Part shown: piece after piece, positions 38,068-45,828 of the stretch
How positions within the stretch are numbered: the stretch's first letter is position 1
Layout: the number at the start of each line of letters is the position of its first letter
Source of the DNA: Thermoanaerobaculia bacterium
GTDB lineage: Bacteria; Acidobacteriota; Thermoanaerobaculia; Multivoradales; UBA5704
Length of the DNA stretch: 53,856 bases
Assembly (NCBI GenBank): GCA_044226625.1
Contig: JBGAGQ010000041.1
Coordinates: 1-53,856 of the forward strand
Direction: 5' to 3'
Translations under genes and position numbers: made by a program
Notes under the pieces: model-generated
Database searches by the model: none
The model's input: the letters and a program-made list of their open reading frames with translations, nothing else
Told to the model about the DNA's origin: nothing

Positions 38068-38503
38068 TCAGTCTGGCACGTAGAAGCCTGAGAGCACGCC
38101 GCTCCAAGCCTGAAACCGCCTGCGCTTGCCAGTTCGCGCCGGCTCTCTCTCGCCCTTCCAGACCTCGGCGGGCGTGAGACCCTGCAGGTTCTGGTGCGGC
38201 CTGACGTGGTTGTACCAGAGGCGAAAGAGGGGCAGGTCCGGCAACTCTTCGCACGCGCTCGGTTTTGCGGCCCGCAGCTCGCGCAGGCATTGCTTGAAGG
38301 TACCGAAGAAGCGTTCGATTCGCCCGTTCTGCCAGGGCGCATGGAGTACGGTCCGCTGGTGGCGGATGCCCAGCAGCCAAAGCGCCAGACCGAAGAGCTT
38401 TGAGGTGAAGGTGGCCTCGTTGTCGGTTCGGAGCGTCGCTGGCCAACCGAAGCGATTGATCAGGTCGAGTACCACGCGAAGCACGGCGACGGTCGTCTTT
38501 CGA
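38068..38503 (-). pseudogene. DDE integrase copy 3 (alpha), 5'-truncated
   Basis: Matches the 3' half of copy 1 (ends GFYVPD); lacks the first catalytic Asp. Confidence 0.9.
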
Positions 38504-38954
38504 CGGCTCTTTTCGGGCTTTTGGGTTCTACAAGTGAAGTCGAAGCTACATACCTGGGGAACATGAGGGCTCCTCGATTACCATTACCTGAACCTGAGGT
38601 TTCCTCTCTTCCCTCTGTTCCAAAGCCAGGGCAGGTCCCAAGAGCACTATCGAATGCGGAGGTTCGGGCCTGGTACAACGCTCGGGTTCGTACTGTCGAT
38701 GTGTCCGGCGCGCTCACAAGGGAAACCGCGGAGCGAGTTTTTGCAGCGCGGAATGCACTTAAGGTCGAGGCTCGCGGTATGATGGGAGACAGGGCTGCAG
38801 CGGCTGAATTGGAACGCACAGATCCGATCCGGACATTCGAGTTCTAGGTCCAGAAGTACTCCGAGCAAGGATACTCAGGAGAGTTACTCTGGCAGCGGAT
38901 CATTCAGGGAGGCAGAACACCAAATACGGCCGTGAACGAGCGGTTCGGGGTAGA
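38502..38954 (+). pseudogene. Duplicate of the CT2 toxin domain with a nonsense mutation and no immunity gene
   Basis: Colinear with 32417-32869 (offset 6085); about 8 substitutions including TAC>TAG at 38845-38847. Confidence 0.92.
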
Positions 38955-39012
38955 AACCTTTACGAGGTTTTGGTGGGAGGGGAAGGGCGGCGGCGGGGGT
39001 GTCGCTTGACAT

Positions 39013-39114
39013 CCTGAACGGCCCGCCTACCGATTCCACTTTCGGCTTTTCCCCCTCCTCAGCCTTTTCTACAGGCGCCCGAGCCATCCGGAAGCACACC
39101 TCCTCCGTGGACGG
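39013..39114. repeat. Cassette-boundary repeat, copy 5 (partial unit B)
   Basis: CCTGAACGGCCCGCCTACCGA...GTGGACGG; the core 18-mer is missing. Confidence 0.85.
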
Positions 39115-39150
39115 CCGATCTCCCTGTCTTCGTCTCTTTCCCTTCCCTCC

Positions 39151-39693
39151 TCAGTCCAGCACGTAGAAGCCTGAGAGCACCCCGCTCCAAGCCTGAAACC
39201 GCCCGGGCTCGCCAGTCTGCGCCGGCTCGGTCTCGCCCTTCCAGGCCTCGGCGGGCGTGAGACCCTGCAGGTTCTGGTGCGGCCTGACGTGGTTGTACCA
39301 GAGGCGAAAGAGTCGGAGGCCCGGTATCGCTTCGGCCTCGTTCGGCCTGGCGGCCCGCAGTTCTCGCAGGCATTGCTTTAAGGTACCGAAGAAGCGTTCG
39401 ATCCGCCCGTTCTGCCAGGGGGCATGGAGTACGGTCCGCTGGTGGCGGATGCCCAGCAGCCAAAGCGCCAAGCCGAAGAGCCTCGACGTGAAGGTGGCCT
39501 CGTTGTCGGTTCGGAGCGTCGTTGGCGGACCGAAGCGATCGATCAGGTCGAGCACCACGCGGAGCACGGCGACGGTGGTCTTTCGATCGAGCTCCTGAAG
39601 CGGTAGGCAGGTGCGAGTGCCGTGATCAATCACGCCGAGGAGGGGGCGAAGGCGGGTGTTGGTTCCGACGTACGTCAGGCCGAGCGCCCAGAT
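39151..39693 (-). pseudogene. DDE integrase copy 4 (beta), 5'-truncated, first catalytic Asp changed to Gly
   Basis: Ends GFYVLD like copy 2; IWALGLT instead of IWALDLT; similarity stops near 39693. Confidence 0.88.
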
Positions 39694-39804
39694 GCTGCCG
39701 GTTTGGCGGTGCGAAGCATCAGGTTCCAGGCGGGAGCTGTTGCAACTAAGATACGCTTTCTCCCTCAGGCTGCGGAGTAAATTGTTCCCTTCTTGGAGTA
39801 GGGG

Positions 39805-40032
39805 GTGTTGGTGGAGTGGTGTTGCGCATCGTTCGAAGGTCATTTCGAGAATGCAGGTCGTCGTGGCCTGGCCGTGTTCTTTGCCGGGGGCGAGGCAAGG
39901 CCGATGTTCGTTCTTCAAGTGCGCGCAGTCGAAGGTAACCCAGAGGGGTTCGCGTTTGGTGGTCCAATCTCTCTGGTCACTGAAACACTGAAACGGGGCT
40001 GCAATATTGTCCTTGGTGCGGACGCCACTTAA
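39805..40032 (+). pseudogene. Possible 3'-truncated orphan immunity gene
   Basis: WCCASFEGHFENAGRRGLAV...FVLQVRA; lower GC; same orientation as the other cassettes; purine-rich RBS-like stretch upstream. Confidence 0.4.
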
Positions 40033-40196
40033 TGACTTGGTACGGGCAGGGCCTAGAGCTGCTGACCAAATGCGACCTAGCAGTCGGTTGGAAGTGACCA
40101 TTTCGGGTTAAACTTCCAGGCATCCGGCCTGGCGAGACTACCGGCTGCCCCCAGGGCCTGAATTTGCTGCCTGTCCGCTCGTGCGGGGCTCTTGAG

Positions 40197-40487
40197 CTAT
40201 CCGTCTTGGGTGGAATGGCGCCTGCGGCGGTTGTAGAAATTCTCGATGTAGTCCTCGATCTGCCAGTGGGCCTGCGCCATCGTCGCCCACCGTCTGCGAT
40301 GCTCCAGTTCCTTCTTGAGGGTCGCAAAGAAGCTTTCGGCGGCCGCGTTGTCCCAGCAGTCGCCCTTTCGGCTCATGCTCGCTCGATAGCCTCGACTCCT
40401 TATCCGACGCTGGTAGACCGTCGACGCGTATTGGCTGGCTTGATCGCGGTGCACGATCGAGCCAGCCCTCCGGCTGACGTGTCGCAA
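40197..40487 (-). mobile_element. IS3-family OrfB transposase remnant
   Basis: IVHRDQASQYAS...SMSRKGDCWDNAAAESFFATLKKE...YIENFYNRRRRHS. Confidence 0.88.
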
Positions 40488-40913
40488 TCGCGTGATCCAA
40501 CGGCGCGTGGGCCACGGCGAGCTCCAAACGTGGACTTAGCTACCAGCCCGCAACTCGACGGGAGAAAAGGTCCAGCAAGACCGCCAGATAGAGCCAGGCC
40601 TCCGCCGTCCAGAGGTCGAAGCGGATGCGGATCTTTGCTTAGATTCCGATGGCTTAATTTATTTCTTATGTCTTGGTAAGGAGAGTCGAAGGCATGGCCG
40701 CACCGAACTATTACGAGGGAGCCTGGGATCTCGCGGCTCGCCTCAGGGCTGAGGGCGGTCGTCGGCGGAGTCACCCATTGCTCAGGTAGTCGCTAACTTG
40801 GGCTACCCAAGCTGGAAACCGGCTTGGCTCTTCACTATCTCCGACGACGCCCTGGAAGAGGATTGGATTAACGTACGCCGCAACACAGAACAGGATGCGG
40901 TGCGATCGATCGG

Positions 40914-41144
40914 CGAATTCGATTTTCTCTCCCCCGAATTCGATTTTCCGGTCTGCGAATTCGAATTTCTCCCCCGCGAATTCGTTCATCGGGCTCCCGA
41001 ATTCGAATTTCTGGGCCCCGAATTCGAATTTCCGGCGCCCGAATTCGAATTTCTCTCTCGCGAAATCGAATTTCTGGGTCCCGAATTCGAATTCGCCGTC
41101 CGCGAAATCGAATTACTTAGCCAGAAAATCGAATTCGGCCAGGA
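40914..41144. repeat. 11 x 21-bp tandem array (conserved CGAATTCGAATT + variable 9 bp)
   Basis: Units read directly, e.g. CGAATTCGATTTTCTCTCCCC, CGAATTCGAATTTCTGGGCCC, CGAAATCGAATTTCTGGGTCC. Confidence 0.9.
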
Positions 41145-41190
41145 AACTCTCTGACTGGCTGCATGATTTCTACTGGATTGGCCCAACAGA

Positions 41191-41267
41191 TGGTGCGCCC
41201 GAGAGGATTCGAACCTCTGACCTACAGCTTCGGAGGCTGTCGCTCTATCCAGCTGAGCTACGGGCGC
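41191..41267 (-). tRNA. tRNA-Arg(CCG)
   Basis: GCGCCCGTAGCTCAGCTGGATAGAGC-G-ACAGC CTCCGAA GCTGT...GGTTCGAATCC...CGGGCGCACCA; CCA encoded. Confidence 0.97.
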
Positions 41268-41355
41268 CTTGGTTTGCGAACGCCGGGGGTCGAGAGGGTG
41301 GCTCGACCTTCGTTCCGTCGTTCCGCTTTGAAGAACCGCGCCACTTTAGAGGAAG

Positions 41356-41432
41356 TGGCCTGCCTGGAGGGATTCGAACCCCCGACCCGCGGCTTAGAAG
41401 GCCGCCGCTCTATCCAACTGAGCTACAGGCAG
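41356..41432 (-). tRNA. tRNA-Arg(TCT)
   Basis: CTGCCTGTAGCTCAGTTGGATAGAGC-G-GCGGC CTTCTAA GCCGC...GGTTCGAATCC...CAGGCAGGCCA. Confidence 0.97.
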
Positions 41433-41488
41433 CCGAGGCACGCAGCCCGTCACCGTAAATCGTGGGAAGAGTCTCCCGGCGATTGAAT

Positions 41489-41562
41489 TCGGGGCGCCCA
41501 GATTTGAACTGAGGACCCCCTGCGCCCAAGGCAGGTGCGCTACCAGGCTGCGCTACGCCCCG
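41489..41562 (-). tRNA. tRNA-Pro(TGG)
   Basis: CGGGGCGTAGCGCAGCCTGGTAGCGCA-CCTGC CTTGGGC GCAGG...TTCAAAT...CGCCCCGA; CCA not encoded. Confidence 0.96.
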
Positions 41563-41634
41563 ACGGAAACGCGCGAGCGAGTCTAGTGCAGCCCGAGCAA
41601 GGGGGTCAAATCGGCGGCTCGACGGAGGGCGAGG

Positions 41635-42531
41635 TCAGCTTGGAGGGGCCGATCGTCGGCGTCGGCGGGTCAGGAAATCGGCGAGGAACGCGGTCGGGGC
41701 GCGGCCCGGGGCTCGGACGTCCGTTTCCGGGTGGCGTTCGCCGAGCAGCAGCTCACGGGCGCGCAGACGGCCGAGCTCGAAGGTGCGGGTGATCGTGCTC
41801 CAGTCGCGCTCGACGAAACCGATCGGCAGGCGATGGCGCGGACGGAGGATGACCATCCGGTCGATCAGCTCCGGCGGCGGCCGGTGGTCGGTGTCCTTGG
41901 GGCTGCGGGCGAGACCCCCCTCGCTCTCCCCTTTGTTGGAGAGCAGAACGACCACGTCGCATCCTTCGGCGAACGCCCGCTCGTAATGCAGGTTGTCCGA
42001 GAGAGCCCCGTCGGCGTAGCGCTCGCCGCCGATCCGCGGCGGGCGGGTGTAGAACGGCGGCAGGTAGTTCGAGGCAAGAAGGAGCTGGAAAGGATCCGGG
42101 ACCTCGCGGACGCCGAGGAGGACCGGCGCGCGATCCGACAGCCGGGTGAGGCCTACGTACAGGGGCAGAGCTTCAGGCGAGAGAAGCCGTGCCGTCCCGA
42201 CGTAGCGTCGGAAGCTGCGCCGGTGGATCTCGGCATAGCGGAAAGGGGAGGCGGAACGGAACAGGTTTCCCAGGTCGAGCGGCGGCATGCGATGAAACGC
42301 GCGCCAGTAGGAGCGGAGGCGGTCGTCCGTTCCCGCAGCGACCGCCGCGGCGTTCCAGGCGCCCGCCGATACGCCGATCGTGAGCGATGCCCGGATGCCG
42401 AGCTCGCGCAGGGTATCGAGCACTCCGACCTGGAAGGCGCACCGCGCCGAGCCGCCGGAGAAGACGAAACCGATCTTTCGCGCCGCGCGGAGCAGTTCGA
42501 GGGGAGGGATACCGGGCGCTGTCGCCTCCAT
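41635..42531 (-). CDS. Patatin-like phospholipase family protein
   Basis: FSGGSARCAFQVG, GVSAG nucleophile elbow and YADGA; ATG at 42531 preferred as start. Confidence 0.9.
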   Translation of the reverse strand: MEATAPGIPPLELLRAARKIGFVFSGGSARCAFQVGVLDTLRELGIRASLTIGVSAGAWNAAAVAAGTDDRLRSYWRAFHRMPPLDLGNLFRSASPFRYAEIHRRSFRRYVGTARLLSPEALPLYVGLTRLSDRAPVLLGVREVPDPFQLLLASNYLPPFYTRPPRIGGERYADGALSDNLHYERAFAEGCDVVVLLSNKGESEGGLARSPKDTDHRPPPELIDRMVILRPRHRLPIGFVERDWSTITRTFELGRLRARELLLGERHPETDVRAPGRAPTAFLADFLTRRRRRSAPPS

Positions 42532-42669
42532 CTTGGGAATTATAGGGAGGGACGCAGCGGATGGAATCGCACGGCGACACGGAGGGGGGAGGGCCAACGC
42601 CTCCCGGGCCGCGTTTTTAGGTCCACCGACCGAACACGGGCGGAGGCTTTCCGCTCACTCCTGTGCCTT

Positions 42670-44685
42670 CTAGGAGGCCGGCTCGATCTCCGTTAGCAAT
42701 AGCCGGTTGACCAGCTTGGGGCTCGCCTGGCCGGTGTCGGGGCCTGCTGTCGCGATGCGCTTCATGGTCTGGGCGACCAGGAATCCGAGCAGACCCGTCT
42801 TGCCCGAGCGGTACCGCTCGACCTCGGTCGGATGGGCGGCAAGCACCTCCCTTACGATCGGCAGGAGCTCGGGGCGAAGGCGGTCGAGCTCCTCTTGCTC
42901 TTCAGCCGACAGCGGCTCGGGCGCCTTGGCTTCCACGACCTTGGGAGGCCTGGGTGGCGCCGGCGCCGGCGGGCCGGGAACGGCCTGGGGCGCCTGCTTC
43001 TGTGCTTCCAGGGCCCAAGAGTCGCGGAGCGGGACGGTGCGATTGAACACCGGCGCCGCGGCGGTCGAGTCGATGGGGTCGACGAAGAAATACCCCTGGC
43101 GCTCGAATTGGAAGCGCTCCCCGAGATCGAGAGCGAGCGCGGCGGGCTCGATGCGGGCTCCGGAGAGGATTTCGAGCGAATTCGGGTTCAGGTAGGTTTC
43201 GAAATCGCCTTCCTCGAGGTCGGGGCGCTCGACCTTGAACAGCCGGTCGTAGAGCCGCACCTCGACCGGACGCGAGGTCTCGGCCGAAACCCAGTGGAGC
43301 GTCCCGGGTACCTTGCGGCCGTCGGGCGAAGAGCCGCCGCGGCTCTCCGGATCGTAGGTGCAGCGGACTTCGACGACTTCGCCGGTCGCGGGATCCTTCA
43401 CCACGCTCTCGCAGCGGACGAAATAGGCGTAGCGCAGCCGAACCTCACGGCCCGGCGAGAGGCGATGGAAACCCTTCGGAGGAACCTCGGCGAAGTCGTC
43501 CCGCTCGATCCACAGCGTGCGCGAGAACGGCACCTTGCGGCTCCCTTCCTTCGGCACGTCGTTCGGATAGAGGGGCGCCTCGAGCTCCTCGGTCTGGCCC
43601 TCGGTATAGTTTTCGATCACCAGGCGGAGCGGCCGCAGCACGCACATCACGCGCGGGACGTCCGGGTTCAACGCCTCGCGCTGGCAGTGCTCGAGGAGCG
43701 TCACGTCCACCGTGCTGTTCGCCTTGGCGACGCCGATCCGATCGCAGAAATCCCGCAGGGCTTCCGCGGTGAACCCGCGGCGGCGGAAACCCGCGAGCGT
43801 CGGCATGCGCGGATCGTCCCAACCGGAGACGAGCTTCCTCTGCACGAGCTCGAGCAGCCGGCGCTTGCTCATCATCGTGTAGGTGAGATTCAGGCGCGCG
43901 AACTCGGTCTGCCGCGGCGGATCTTCGAACGGCAGGGAGTCGACCAGCCAGTCGTAGATGTCACGGTTGTTCTCGAACTCCAGGGTGCAGAGCGAGTGAG
44001 TGATCTTTTCGAGCGCGTCCGAGAGCGGATGGGCGAAGTCGTACATCGGGTAGATGCACCAGGCGTCGCCGCGCCGGTAGTGCGAGGTGCGCTTGATCCG
44101 GTAGAGCAACGGATCGCGCAGCTTCATGTTCGCCGCGGCCATGTCGATCTTGCCGCGCAGGACGTGGGCGCCGTCCTCGAACTCGCCGGCCCGCATGCGC
44201 GCGAAGAGGTCCAGGTTCTCCTCGACGGTTCGGTCGCGATAGGGGCTGTTGCGCCCCGGTTCTTTCACCGTGCCGCGGTACTCGCGGATCTCGTCTTCCG
44301 AAAGGCTGCAAACGTAGGCCTTGCCGCGCCGGATCAGCTCGACCGCGAAGTCGTAGAGCGCCTCGAAATAGTCGGAGGCGAAGAACAGCTTGTCGCCCCA
44401 ATCGAAGCCGAGCCACCGCACGTCGCGCTGGATCGAAGCGACGTACTCCTCGTCCTCGGTTTCGGGGTTCGTGTCGTCGAAGCGGAGGTGGCAGGTGCCG
44501 CCGTACTCGGCGGCGAGGCCGAAATTCAGGCAGATCGACTTGGCGTGGCCGATGTGGAGGTAACCGTTCGGCTCAGGGGGGAATCGGGTGACCACGCGGC
44601 CGGCGTACGTACCGGCGGCGCGGTCGCGGTCGACCAGGTCGCGAATGAAGTCGCGGCCGGGAGCGTTCGAAAGGGTGTCGGACAC
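42670..44685 (-). CDS. glnS: Glutamine--tRNA ligase with C-terminal Yqey/GatB-like extension
   Basis: [38 protein letters not shown]; Pro-rich linker followed by [21 protein letters not shown]...ASPKLVN. Confidence 0.96.
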   Translation of the reverse strand: MSDTLSNAPGRDFIRDLVDRDRAAGTYAGRVVTRFPPEPNGYLHIGHAKSICLNFGLAAEYGGTCHLRFDDTNPETEDEEYVASIQRDVRWLGFDWGDKLFFASDYFEALYDFAVELIRRGKAYVCSLSEDEIREYRGTVKEPGRNSPYRDRTVEENLDLFARMRAGEFEDGAHVLRGKIDMAAANMKLRDPLLYRIKRTSHYRRGDAWCIYPMYDFAHPLSDALEKITHSLCTLEFENNRDIYDWLVDSLPFEDPPRQTEFARLNLTYTMMSKRRLLELVQRKLVSGWDDPRMPTLAGFRRRGFTAEALRDFCDRIGVAKANSTVDVTLLEHCQREALNPDVPRVMCVLRPLRLVIENYTEGQTEELEAPLYPNDVPKEGSRKVPFSRTLWIERDDFAEVPPKGFHRLSPGREVRLRYAYFVRCESVVKDPATGEVVEVRCTYDPESRGGSSPDGRKVPGTLHWVSAETSRPVEVRLYDRLFKVERPDLEEGDFETYLNPNSLEILSGARIEPAALALDLGERFQFERQGYFFVDPIDSTAAAPVFNRTVPLRDSWALEAQKQAPQAVPGPPAPAPPRPPKVVEAKAPEPLSAEEQEELDRLRPELLPIVREVLAAHPTEVERYRSGKTGLLGFLVAQTMKRIATAGPDTGQASPKLVNRLLLTEIEPAS

Positions 44686-44819
44686 GGGCGTAGATCCTTG
44701 AGAAAGGGGAGAAATCCGGCCCGAAAGATATCATCGCGGCGCCGCCCTCGGGTTCAGGACCCCTTCGAGGGCGGCGGATCGAAAGCTACCGAAGACACCC
44801 CTCCGAAAGGTCGATCATC

Positions 44820-45590
44820 ATGCCGAGTCAAAGCGAAAAAGCGGAAACCTTCTTCCGGCTCCACGTTCCCGGAGAGCCGGTCGTGCTGTTCAACGTGTGG
44901 GACGCCGGTAGCGCCCGGGTGGTAGCTGGGGTAGGCGCCAAGGCGCTCGCGACCGGCAGCTGGTCGGTCGCCGCCTCCTACGGCTATTCCGACGGCGAGG
45001 AGATTCCCTGGAACCTCGCGCTGTCGAACCTCCGCCGGATCGTCGTGAGCGTCGACCTGCCGGTCTCGCTCGATTTCGAGGGGGGATATGGCCGGACCCC
45101 CGAGGCCGTCGCCGGGAATTTCGCCCAGGCGCTCGACTGCGGAGCCGTCGGCTGCAACTTCGAGGATTCGATCGCGGGCGACGATCAGAATCTCTACTCG
45201 ATCGAAGAGCAGGCGGCGCGGATCCGCGCCCTGCGCACGGCGGCCAAAGACGCTGGGGTCGAGGCGTTTGTGAACGCCCGGACCGACCTATTCCTCATTG
45301 CCGAGCCCGCGCGCCACGATGCTGCGCTGGTCGACCAGGCGCTCGAACGAGCGGCGGCCTACGCCGAGGCGGGGGCCTCGGGTCTCTTCGTCCCCGGGTT
45401 GGTCGACGAGCGCTTGATCCGGAAAGTGTGTGAAGGCACGCCGCTGCCGGTCAACGTCATGTGGTTCGAGGGCGTACCGGCCCCCGAAAAGCTAGCTGAA
45501 CTAGGCGTCGCCCGCATCAGCCACGGCCCGGGGCCGTACCGCCTGGCAATGAGGGCCCTCGAAGACGCGGCGCGAAAGGTGTACGAGTAA
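44820..45590 (+). CDS. Isocitrate lyase/PEP mutase family protein
   Basis: NVWDAGSA, PVSLDFEGGYG, GCNFED, VNARTDLF, YAEAGASGLFVPG. Confidence 0.92.
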   Translation: MPSQSEKAETFFRLHVPGEPVVLFNVWDAGSARVVAGVGAKALATGSWSVAASYGYSDGEEIPWNLALSNLRRIVVSVDLPVSLDFEGGYGRTPEAVAGNFAQALDCGAVGCNFEDSIAGDDQNLYSIEEQAARIRALRTAAKDAGVEAFVNARTDLFLIAEPARHDAALVDQALERAAAYAEAGASGLFVPGLVDERLIRKVCEGTPLPVNVMWFEGVPAPEKLAELGVARISHGPGPYRLAMRALEDAARKVYE

Positions 45591-45637
45591 GTCGCAGGGG
45601 GAAAATACGGTAAGGGGGCTGGGCCATGTCGGTTCAG

Positions 45638-45798
45638 GCCCCCCACCTAACCTCCCCCCGCAAGCGGGGGGAGGGATCCTTCGGCGGACGCCTGCGATGT
45701 GCGCCCCCTCCCCCGCAGGCGGTGGGGGGGATCCTTCGGCGGGCGCTTGGGATGTACACCCTCCTCCCCCGCTTGCGGGGGAGGACGGAGGTGGGGGA
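45638..45798. repeat. REP-like palindromic cluster between convergent genes
   Basis: Hairpins CCTCCCCCCGCAAGCGGGGGGAGG, CCCTCCCCCGCAGGCGGTGGGGGGG and CCTCCCCCGCTTGCGGGGGAGG; outer CCCCCACCT/AGGTGGGGG inverted pair; GGATCCTTCGGCGG twice. Confidence 0.8.
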
Positions 45799-45828
45799 AA
45801 TGAGGAAAGGGAGGCTCGAGAAGCCGCT

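Noticed and set aside
39694-40101. N-terminal extension of the 316-aa ORF 39151-40101
   Set aside because: Integrase similarity stops near 39693; the rest is unrelated sequence that happens to be open.
40165-40192. GCCTGTCCGCTCGTGCGGGGCTC resembling part of unit B
   Set aside because: Short, GC-rich and within the decayed IS3 tail; likely chance.
40914-41144. 21-bp array as a mini-CRISPR
   Set aside because: The repeat (12 nt) and variable part (9 nt) are far too short; no leader or cas genes.
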